Source of the DNA: Planctomycetota bacterium
GTDB lineage: Bacteria; Planctomycetota; B15-G4; SIAN01
Reading direction: 5' to 3'
Assembly: GCA_031409275.1 (NCBI GenBank)
Contig: JANNXA010000051.1
Coordinates: forward strand, 32,001-96,000
DNA length: 64,000 nucleotides
Shown: positions 1 through 7,577 of the stretch, in pieces
Numbering within the stretch: the stretch's first letter is position 1
Layout of the letters: each line of letters starts with the position of its first letter
Notes under the pieces: generated by a model
The model's input: only the letters and a program-made list of their open reading frames with translations
What the model was told of the DNA's origin: nothing
Databases searched by the model: none
Made by a program: the position numbers and the translations under genes

Positions 1-2980
1 CGGCCTTCGAGCCGGAGAGGAACAGCGCGATCCCGAGGTTCACCTGCGCCTCGACCAGCTTGGGATCGAGCTCGAGCGCGCGGCGCAACTCGATGGCGGC
101 GTAGTTCAGCGCCTGCGACTCCTGCTCGGGCTTCACATGCCCCTCGTCGCAGACGCCGAGCAGGAAGGCCATGCCGCGCAGGTTCGAGAAGCGGGCGCGC
201 GGGCCGATCGCCGCCTCGCTCTCGAGCGCCTTGGTGCCCTGCGCGACGCGGTCGTAGTGCCCCAGGCGCATCTGCGCCAGCAGCAACTGCACCAGCGTCT
301 CCTGCGCCGGCACGTAGTCGGGCCGCTCGCGCAGCACCGCACCGGCGAGTTGGAACGCGTTCACCTCGAGGGCGTCGGGATCGTTGCCTTGCTGGCTCTT
401 CGGCAGCGCTCGATTCGCCTGCGCCAGCAGGAGGTTCGTCTCCGCTTCGTAGAGCTGCCACATGCTGCGCGACGCGCCGGCGAGCTCGCGCTTCAACTCG
501 ACCAGGCGCTTCTTGTCGACCGCGCTCTGCGTCATGCGGCTGACGATGTCTTCCTTCAGATCGAAGAGGCGCAGGCGGTTGTGGAGCGCGACCACGGCAT
601 CGGACTCGACACGACGCGAGGCGTCGAACTCGACGCGCGGCGCGTCGGCGGTGACGATCCCGGTCGCGTCGAACTTCTCGCGGAAGAACCACTCGTCGGC
701 GACGTAGAGCGCGAGGAAGTCACGCACGTCGGCGATCCCGAGCTTGGTGAGCTCCGGCAACAGCCGATGGCCTGCCAACCGCGCCTCGAGCTTGACGACG
801 TCGATCTCGAGCCGCTCGCGCCCGGCCACGAGGCCGAGCACCGGCAGGCCGAACTCGGGCCGCGCGAGCCACAGCGTCGCGCCATCGAAGACCTCGCAGA
901 AGGTGCGGCCGATCGCGCCGATCTCCTCCCAACGCAGCTGATGGGCCGGCAGCCACTGGCAGAAGAGCCCGCCTTCGGCGAGCAGTCCCTTCACCCGCTC
1001 GAAGTGCTCGCGCGAGTAGAGCTCGCCTGTGCCCGTCTCCCACGGGAAGAAGAGGTCGCCGACCACCAGGTCGTAGCTGCCCGGCGCCGCAGCGCGCACG
1101 AAGCTGCGGCCGTCGCCGGCATGCAGGTGCACGCGCGGATCACGCTGGATCTGGCCATTCTCTGCCGCGAAGAAGGGCAACGCCGTGAGGACCGACGGCA
1201 GCAGTTCGACCGCGTCGATCTCCTGGCAGCCGACGTCGCGCAAGGCAGCGACGGTCACTCCCGCCCCGACCCCGATCGCCAGCGCGCGCTTGGGATCGGG
1301 ATGGAGCAGCGCCGGCAGGTAGCCCTGCATCGACTCGACGCGCGACTCGCCGCTGCCACCGAGCGCGAGCTGATCGTTCACCGCCAGCACCTTCTCGCCG
1401 TCAGGATGGACGATCACGGCGACGTTGGCCGCGCTGTCCTCGACGTAGTGGACGACGAAGCCGCCGCGCTCGCCCACCACGCGCTGCACGAAGAGCAGCG
1501 GCTCGGAGAACGAGGAGCGACCGAGCAACGGCGCGAAGGCGAGCAGCGCCGCCACCGCGACCGTCGCCATCAGCCAGCGCGCACGGCCGATCAGCAGCGC
1601 GCGGCCGTTTCGCACGCACGCGAGCAGCAGCACCACCGACAGCGGCAGGAGCGCGAGCGCAAAGAGCAGTGCTTTCATCCCGAAGGTCGGCAGCAACACG
1701 CTGGGCACGAACGCGCCCGCGATCCCAGCGCCCGCCGCCCACGCGCCGGAAAGCAGCGCGACGGAGCGACCGAAACGGGAAGCCGCGCGTGGCAGCAGCT
1801 CGCACGCGCACGGGAAAGCGATCGCCGTGGCGAACGCGGCCGGCCCCGCGATCAGCAGCGCACCGAGGCACTCGTGCAGCAGGCGGCCATTCCACGTCAC
1901 CGCGCTCTCGCCGAAACGCCAGAAGGAGAGCAGGTCGGAATGGGCCATCACGCGCAGCAGCAGCAACGCCAGCAGCGGTGCGATGACGGCGGCCGCATGG
2001 CCGATCAGGTAACCGCCGGCGGCACGTCGTCGCGACAGCGCGGTGCCAAGCGCGGTGCCGAGCGCGCTCGCGCCAAGCCACGCCGCGAGCAACACGCCCA
2101 GCGAATCCTGGCTGCCGCGCGCGGTCTGGGCCAGGCCGCGAAACAGCAGCAGCTCGAGCGCCAACACGCCAAAGCCATTCAGCAGCGCCGCGCCCACCAG
2201 GAACGGCAGCGGAAGCGCCGGGGTCGAGTCACCCGTAGCAGCCGCGCTTTCGTTGACGCTGGCGCGCGGCTCTTCCGGCAGCTCTTCCGGCAGTTCTTCC
2301 GGCGGCGTCTCCTGTCGCGCGAGCCAGAAGGCGACCAGTGCCACCAGCAGGTTGAGGCTCGACCCCAGCAACCAGGTCGCCTGGATGCCGAGCGTGCGCA
2401 GCGTCACCAGCGTGGCGAGCAGGGCGCCCGCCATGGCGCCGAGCGTGCTGGCGACTTGCAATCCACCCGCCGCGAGGCCGCGCGCCCGCGTCGCCGCGCG
2501 CAACCGAGCGAGGAAGGGCAGCGTCGCGCCGAGCGCGCCGACAGGCACCACCAGCAAGACAACGCACAGGAGGAGTCGCAGGCCGGGACGCGCGTCGCCG
2601 GCCACTTCGGCGCGCGCGAAGCCGTCGGCGACGCCGTCAAGTCGATGCAACACCCAGGAGGCAGCGAAACCACCGAGCGCCGCGACCGCTTCGAGCCAGG
2701 CGTAGGCGCGCAGCGGCGACTTCACGCGATCGGCGCGAGCGCCCACCAGCCAGGCGCCGAGCGCGAGGCAGACGAGGAAGGCGCCGCCCACCGCGCCAAG
2801 CGATGCCGCGGCCGACCCGAACAACTCGAGGAAGGCGCGCACCGCGGCGATCTCGAGCAGCAGGCTGGCGGCGCCCGACGCGAAGAAGAGCAGCGCAACG
2901 ATGCTGGCCGGATCGATGCTGGCCGAATCGAAGCTGGCCCGATCGGGCGCCGACGGAACCGGACGAGCGCGTTCATTCAT
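1..2980 (-). CDS. Fused multi-TM (MFS-like) / spermidine-synthase-like SAM-binding domain protein with C-terminal TPR; 3' end runs off the window
   Basis: Absent from the ORF track because it has no stop in the window. ATG at 2980 gives MNERARP..IVALLFFASGAASLLLEIAAVRAF, then many TM helices, then RALAIGVGAG, IDAVELLP, GDGRSFV, YDLVVGDLFFPW..LYSREHF, FCQWLP, and TPR-like LVEAQVNLGIALF at the window edge in the same frame. Confidence 0.85.
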   Translation of the reverse strand, partial: MNERARPVPSAPDRASFDSASIDPASIVALLFFASGAASLLLEIAAVRAFLELFGSAAASLGAVGGAFLVCLALGAWLVGARADRVKSPLRAYAWLEAVAALGGFAASWVLHRLDGVADGFARAEVAGDARPGLRLLLCVVLLVVPVGALGATLPFLARLRAATRARGLAAGGLQVASTLGAMAGALLATLVTLRTLGIQATWLLGSSLNLLVALVAFWLARQETPPEELPEELPEEPRASVNESAAATGDSTPALPLPFLVGAALLNGFGVLALELLLFRGLAQTARGSQDSLGVLLAAWLGASALGTALGTALSRRRAAGGYLIGHAAAVIAPLLALLLLRVMAHSDLLSFWRFGESAVTWNGRLLHECLGALLIAGPAAFATAIAFPCACELLPRAASRFGRSVALLSGAWAAGAGIAGAFVPSVLLPTFGMKALLFALALLPLSVVLLLACVRNGRALLIGRARWLMATVAVAALLAFAPLLGRSSFSEPLLFVQRVVGERGGFVVHYVEDSAANVAVIVHPDGEKVLAVNDQLALGGSGESRVESMQGYLPALLHPDPKRALAIGVGAGVTVAALRDVGCQEIDAVELLPSVLTALPFFAAENGQIQRDPRVHLHAGDGRSFVRAAAPGSYDLVVGDLFFPWETGTGELYSREHFERVKGLLAEGGLFCQWLPAHQLRWEEIGAIGRTFCEVFDGATLWLARPEFGLPVLGLVAGRERLEIDVVKLEARLAGHRLLPELTKLGIADVRDFLALYVADEWFFREKFDATGIVTADAPRVEFDASRRVESDAVVALHNRLRLFDLKEDIVSRMTQSAVDKKRLVELKRELAGASRSMWQLYEAETNLLLAQANRALPKSQQGNDPDALEVNAFQLAGAVLRERPDYVPAQETLVQLLLAQMRLGHYDRVAQGTKALESEAAIGPRARFSNLRGMAFLLGVCDEGHVKPEQESQALNYAAIELRRALELDPKLVEAQVNLGIALFLSGSKA
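2269..2304. repeat. 3 x 12-bp in-frame tandem repeat (GCTCTTCCGGCA), encoding PEEL repeats on the minus strand
   Basis: Units at 2269-2280, 2281-2292 and 2293-2304 (two mismatches in the last). Confidence 0.8.
2899..2943. repeat. 3 x 15-bp imperfect tandem repeat in the N-terminus of the spermidine-synthase-like gene
   Basis: CGATGCTGGCCGGAT / CGATGCTGGCCGAAT / CGAAGCTGGCCCGAT, encoding DRASF-DSASI-DPASI. Confidence 0.75.
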
Positions 2981-3479
2981 ATTCGAAGTAACCGTGCAAC
3001 TGGCTGCGTTGGACGATGGCGTAGGGCAGGTTCTTGAACGCTTCGAGCTCGCTCTTCTGCTCTTCGGCGATGCCTCGCAGCAGCGGCTCGACGACGACGA
3101 AGAACTCGTCGCTGCCGGCCGGGTCGAGCGATTCGCGACGCACGCGCCCCACCATCTCGAGCCGCGACGGCGGCCGGAAATAGGCGCTCACCATGCGGAA
3201 GTCGGGCGTCTGTCCCTGCGCCAGCCGCTTGCGAATCGGATCGCCCGCGAGGTCGAGGAACTCGTGGGCGAAGAGGACATCGGAGAGGCGCACCATCGCG
3301 CGCCGAGCGGCGATCTTCTCGCCGGTGTGCAGGTCGCCGAAGGTGACGTTGTCGATGGGCAACCATGGCCGCCGGGCGGCGTTCAGGAAACTCGAGAGGC
3401 GCAGATCGCCAGTGCGCGCGTTGCCTTTCACGACGAAGCGCGCCGTGACGAACAGGTGGTTGACGATCGAAAGGTCCAT
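2973..3479 (-). CDS. Hypothetical protein, 168 aa (possibly DUF6812-like beta-rich fold)
   Basis: ATG 3479 MDLSIVNHLFVTARFVVKGN..RLSSFLN..WLPIDNV; typical codon usage; overlaps the start of the downstream gene by 8 nt. Family assignment is from recall only. Confidence 0.7.
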   Translation of the reverse strand: MDLSIVNHLFVTARFVVKGNARTGDLRLSSFLNAARRPWLPIDNVTFGDLHTGEKIAARRAMVRLSDVLFAHEFLDLAGDPIRKRLAQGQTPDFRMVSAYFRPPSRLEMVGRVRRESLDPAGSDEFFVVVEPLLRGIAEEQKSELEAFKNLPYAIVQRSQLHGYFEYE

Positions 3480-3489
3480 GGCGTCCTGC

Positions 3490-4863
3490 TCAGGTCGCCC
3501 CGCGCGGCCGCGGCGGCATCGCCCCCGCCAGCCAGTACGAACCGGTGACGAGCAGGGCGCCATGCTTCCCGGCGCAGCGCCGCGCCAACGCCCACCCCGC
3601 CGCCGGGGAGCGCACGGGGCGCGCCATGATCCCAAGCGAGCGAGCGACTGCCACGATTTCTTTCGGGTCGAAGCCGGTGCCATCGGGAACGACGGTCGCA
3701 ACGACCGGGCCGCACGCGGCGGCCAGCGCGCGCAGGCAGGCGGCGAGCGGTTTGTCGCGCTTCAAGGCGAACAGCACCACGGGACGGCGGCCCGACAATG
3801 CCGCGACGTCGAGGACGACCGCGCGCAGCGACTTTGGCGTGTGCGCCCCGTCGCGCCAGGTGCGCGGCCGCTCGGCAACCACCTCGAGCCGGCCGGGGAG
3901 GTGGACGGTTTCGAAGGCTGCGGCAATGCGCTCCTCGTCGACGACGAGTTCGAGTTCCGGACGGCGGCGGCCAAGCTCCACCACTGCCGCCAGCGCCAGA
4001 GCGGCATTGCGCGCGGCGTAGCGGCCGCCGGACGGCGCGGGCAGATCGGTGAAGGTACGTCGCCCGATTCGGATCGTCATGCGGCCGGCACGGCAGCGCA
4101 GCGCCAGCGCGCGCCCCCATTCGAGCAGCGGCGACGCCTGAGCGCGCGCGACCCGCCGGATCACGGCCGCCTCCCCTCGATGCGCCGACACGCCCGACAG
4201 CGCGCTCGCCCCGCGCTTGAAGATGCCCGCCTTCTGCGCCGCGATCGCCGCGAGCGTCTTGCCGAGGATCGCCACGTGCTCGCGCTCGATCGAGGTGACG
4301 ACGGCGACGGCGCTCGCCACGACGTTGGTGGCGTCGCGCAGCCCGCCGATGCCGACCTCCACCACGGCGACGTCGACGCGCGCGCGGCGAAACGCGACGA
4401 AGGCGGCCACCGTGAGCGCTTCGAAGAGCGTGGGCGCGCCGAGGCGGGCGCGGCGCGCGGCACGCAGCACCGCTTCGAGGCAGCGTCCCAGCCCCGCGGT
4501 CGCGAGCGGGCGGCCGTCGACGGCGATCCGCTCGTTCCAGCGCTCGACGTGCGGCGAGGTGTAGGTGCCGACGCTCACGCCATGGGCTCGCAGCAGCGCT
4601 GTCGCCAGCAGGCAGACCGACCCTTTGCCTTTCGAACCGGCCACATGGATCACCGGCACGCCACGCAGCGGATCGTCGAGCGCCGTCACCAGTGCCGCCG
4701 TCCGCTCCAGCGACAAGAGCACCTCGCCGCGGCGAAAACGGGGATCGCGTTCGAGATTGGGGAGCGTACGTGCCAGCTGCTCGATCGACGCCGCATCGCG
4801 CAGCGGCAGGCGCAAGGCCTTCCACCAGCTCGGAGCGGTCACGATCCTGGGTCCGGGAGCCAT
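3490..4863 (-). CDS. folC: Folylpolyglutamate/dihydrofolate synthase
   Basis: VIHVAGSKGKGS, TYTSPHV..NERI, FEALT, VEVGIGGLRDATNV, PGRLE, DGAHT, VTGSYW. Start uncertain; ATG 4863 chosen. Confidence 0.9.
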   Translation of the reverse strand: MAPGPRIVTAPSWWKALRLPLRDAASIEQLARTLPNLERDPRFRRGEVLLSLERTAALVTALDDPLRGVPVIHVAGSKGKGSVCLLATALLRAHGVSVGTYTSPHVERWNERIAVDGRPLATAGLGRCLEAVLRAARRARLGAPTLFEALTVAAFVAFRRARVDVAVVEVGIGGLRDATNVVASAVAVVTSIEREHVAILGKTLAAIAAQKAGIFKRGASALSGVSAHRGEAAVIRRVARAQASPLLEWGRALALRCRAGRMTIRIGRRTFTDLPAPSGGRYAARNAALALAAVVELGRRRPELELVVDEERIAAAFETVHLPGRLEVVAERPRTWRDGAHTPKSLRAVVLDVAALSGRRPVVLFALKRDKPLAACLRALAAACGPVVATVVPDGTGFDPKEIVAVARSLGIMARPVRSPAAGWALARRCAGKHGALLVTGSYWLAGAMPPRPRGAT

Positions 4864-4989
4864 CGGCGGCAGCCTAACGCTCGTCAGCACCCTTCCCCTC
4901 AGGGGGGTGCCGTCCCAGAATCGCGAACCAGCGCGCCGGCTCCTCCGTTTCGCACGCTGCTTCCACCGGCTCGACTGGATGAGAACCCC

Positions 4990-6411
4990 GTGGCACTGAT
5001 TCCACCGTCGCTTCCCTTCTCCCGACGTGGCCCTCCGCGTTCGCCGAAGTCGCAACTCGTCGTCATGACGTTCCTCTTCGCCGTGGTGCTCGGCCTGTTC
5101 ACCTACCTTCGCGTCACCGACAAGCCGCCCGCGCAAAGCACGCCCATCGACACCAGCGTCGCGCCGCTCGAATCGGAGAACGCGCCGCCAGCGACGCGAA
5201 TCGACTTCGACCTGCTGAAGGAGGTCACCGACTCGACCGAGGCGCAACGCATCGTTCGCGAGCCCGAGCCCTTCCTCCACGTGCTGCTCGAAGCAGGCAA
5301 GCTCGTCGCCGGCGACTTCCGCCGGATGAAGGCGCCCTACGCCGACGACGCGCTCTATCAGCAGATCCTCGATCAGCCGGACGCCTGGCGCGGCAAACCG
5401 GTGATCGCGAAGGCGCGCTTCAACTTCGCCACCGAGGAGAAGGTGCCGCTGCGCGACGACACCGGCGCCGGGACCGAATCAACCTTCCGCTACTGGCGCG
5501 GCGTCGCCACCGACGATCTCGGTCGCGCCTGGTCGTTCTCCCTGCTCGAGCCGCCCGACGCGATCGCGCCCGGCGAGGTGATCAAGATCGAGGGCTTCTT
5601 CTTCAAGAAGCTGGCGCTCTTCGATCCGGCGGACCCGGCGCAGCTGATCGACCCGACGCTGCACCTGATCGGCAAGCGCGTGGTGAAGTCGTTCCTGCGC
5701 ATGCCGCCCGTCCACGAACTCTCGCGCTCGATCCTGCAGACCGTGCGCGACTACTCGATCGAGGATCGCCTCGAGATCCCCGAAGAGCCGCTCTGGCACG
5801 TCCTCTCCTACGTGCAGCAGATCGACGCGGACGCGCTGGCGGCCGCCGCCGAAGAGGACACCATCAGCGACGTCGACGCTCGCTACCTCACCAATCAGGC
5901 GCTGCAGCAGGATCCCGAGCAGTACCGCGGATCGCCGGTGCGGCTGCTCGGCAGCGTCAGCGCCGAACAACGCCCGTGGTTCAAGGACGACGAGAACCCG
6001 CTCGACCTGCCGATGGTCTGGCACAGCCTGCTGGTGCACAACGGGCCGAAGTTCACCTACCTGATCTCGACCGAGCGCCCGCCCGAATGGGTCAGCGGCC
6101 AGGCGACCGTCATCGTCGAAGGCGTCTTCCTCAAGCTCTACACCTACCAGGCGATGAACCGGCAGACCGTCACCTGCCCGCTGGTGGTGGTGAAGCGCTT
6201 CGTGCCGTTTCGCATCGGCACCGATGAACTGAAGTCGACCTTCTCCTGGGGACTGGTCGCCCTCTCCGCGCCGATCCTGCTCGGGCTGCTGTGGATGGCG
6301 ATGCGCGATCGCAACGCCGCCGCGGAGTTGCGGGTCGCCCAGGAACAGCGGCGCACCCGTCGTCGCGCGGGAACGGCGGCGGGCAGCGCCGAGCGCTCGA
6401 CGAGCGGGTAA
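4990..6411 (+). CDS. Hypothetical membrane protein with N- and C-terminal TM anchors and an internally duplicated extracytoplasmic domain
   Basis: 3' part of track ORF 3193..6411. TM FLFAVVLGLFTYL and TM WGLVALSAPILLGLLW; repeated motifs QPDAWRGKPV / DPEQYRGSPV and IEGFFFK / VEGVFLK. Start is GTG 4990 or ATG 5065. Confidence 0.75.
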   Translation: MALIPPSLPFSRRGPPRSPKSQLVVMTFLFAVVLGLFTYLRVTDKPPAQSTPIDTSVAPLESENAPPATRIDFDLLKEVTDSTEAQRIVREPEPFLHVLLEAGKLVAGDFRRMKAPYADDALYQQILDQPDAWRGKPVIAKARFNFATEEKVPLRDDTGAGTESTFRYWRGVATDDLGRAWSFSLLEPPDAIAPGEVIKIEGFFFKKLALFDPADPAQLIDPTLHLIGKRVVKSFLRMPPVHELSRSILQTVRDYSIEDRLEIPEEPLWHVLSYVQQIDADALAAAAEEDTISDVDARYLTNQALQQDPEQYRGSPVRLLGSVSAEQRPWFKDDENPLDLPMVWHSLLVHNGPKFTYLISTERPPEWVSGQATVIVEGVFLKLYTYQAMNRQTVTCPLVVVKRFVPFRIGTDELKSTFSWGLVALSAPILLGLLWMAMRDRNAAAELRVAQEQRRTRRRAGTAAGSAERSTSG

Positions 6412-6421
6412 CCTCCCGCCG

Positions 6422-7561
6422 ATGCTCGACCGCTCGCTGAAGACGACTCACGCCGCTGCCTGCCGCCTCCGTGGCGAGCGCGGCGCGCTGGCCCACCTCG
6501 GCCGCTGGCTCGCCGAACTGCTGCCGTCGCCGCGAAAAGTCGCGATCGTCTCGGACCGCAACGTCGCCCCGTTCTGGCTGAAGTCGGCGGAGGCGGCGCT
6601 GAAGCAGGCGGGCTTCGTGACCCACGCGGTCCTGCTCCCACCCGGCGAGGAGAGCAAGTCGCTCAAGATCCTCGGCAACCTGTGGGATCGACTGCTGACC
6701 TTCGGCATCGAGCGCGACAGCGTGATCGTCGCGCTCGGTGGCGGCGTGGTCGGCGACCTCGCCGGCTTCGCGGCGGCGACGCTGCTGCGCGGACTGCCGA
6801 TCGTGCAGGTGCCGACTTCCCTGGTGGGCCAGGTCGACGCGGCGATCGGCGGCAAGACCGGCATCAACCGGCCGCTCGGCAAGAACCTGGTCGGCGCCTT
6901 CCATCAGCCGGCGCTCGTCGTGATCGACCCCGACCTGCTCGCCACGTTGCCCGATCGCGAGTACCGCTCCGGCCTCGCCGAGGTGATCAAGTACGGCTAC
7001 CTGCGCGCGCCCGACCTGCTGGCGAAGCTGCGCGAGGCGGGCGACCTCGAGACGCTGCGCGCGCGCCCGGAACTGGTCGACGCGCTGGTGCAACGCTGCG
7101 CCGAACTGAAGATCGATCTGGTCGAGAAGGACGAGCGCGAAGCGGGCGAGCGCGCGCTGCTCAATTTCGGACACACCACCGGCCACGCGCTCGAAGCAGC
7201 GGACGGCTACCGCAACCTGCTCCACGGCGAGGCGGTCGCCATCGGCATGGTCGCGGCCACCTTCCTCGCCGTCGACCTCGGGGTCGCCGCGCCGACCTTG
7301 CCGGCCGAAGTGAGCGAACTGCTCGAACGCTACGGCCTGCCCATCGCGACGCCATTCGCCTCGGCCGACTTGCTGCCCTACCTGCGCACGGACAAGAAGC
7401 GCGCGGCCGGCAAGAGCCGCTGGATCCTCGTCGAGCGCGAGGGATCGGCCTGCATCGTCGAGGATCCGCCCGCCGCCAGCGTCGAGCGCGCGTTGACCGC
7501 GGTCCACCGCGAACCCGCTTCCGACGAGCTCCCGCACGAGTCGGCGCGCGAAGACGGCTGA
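6422..7561 (+). CDS. aroB: 3-dehydroquinate synthase
   Basis: GEESKSL, ALGGGVVGDLAGF, VPTSL..VDAAIGGKTGIN..GKNLVGAFHQP, LNFGHTTGHALE, HGEAVAIG. Confidence 0.97.
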   Translation: MLDRSLKTTHAAACRLRGERGALAHLGRWLAELLPSPRKVAIVSDRNVAPFWLKSAEAALKQAGFVTHAVLLPPGEESKSLKILGNLWDRLLTFGIERDSVIVALGGGVVGDLAGFAAATLLRGLPIVQVPTSLVGQVDAAIGGKTGINRPLGKNLVGAFHQPALVVIDPDLLATLPDREYRSGLAEVIKYGYLRAPDLLAKLREAGDLETLRARPELVDALVQRCAELKIDLVEKDEREAGERALLNFGHTTGHALEAADGYRNLLHGEAVAIGMVAATFLAVDLGVAAPTLPAEVSELLERYGLPIATPFASADLLPYLRTDKKRAAGKSRWILVEREGSACIVEDPPAASVERALTAVHREPASDELPHESAREDG

Positions 7562-7577
7562 TCGCTTCGGAGAGCCG

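Noticed and set aside
137..3037. 966-aa plus-strand ORF
   Set aside because: Antisense shadow of the spermidine-synthase-like gene; Arg/Ala/Gln-rich with no motifs.
3193..4989. N-terminal extension of the 1072-aa ORF
   Set aside because: Overlaps folC on the opposite strand; protein-like composition begins only near 4990.
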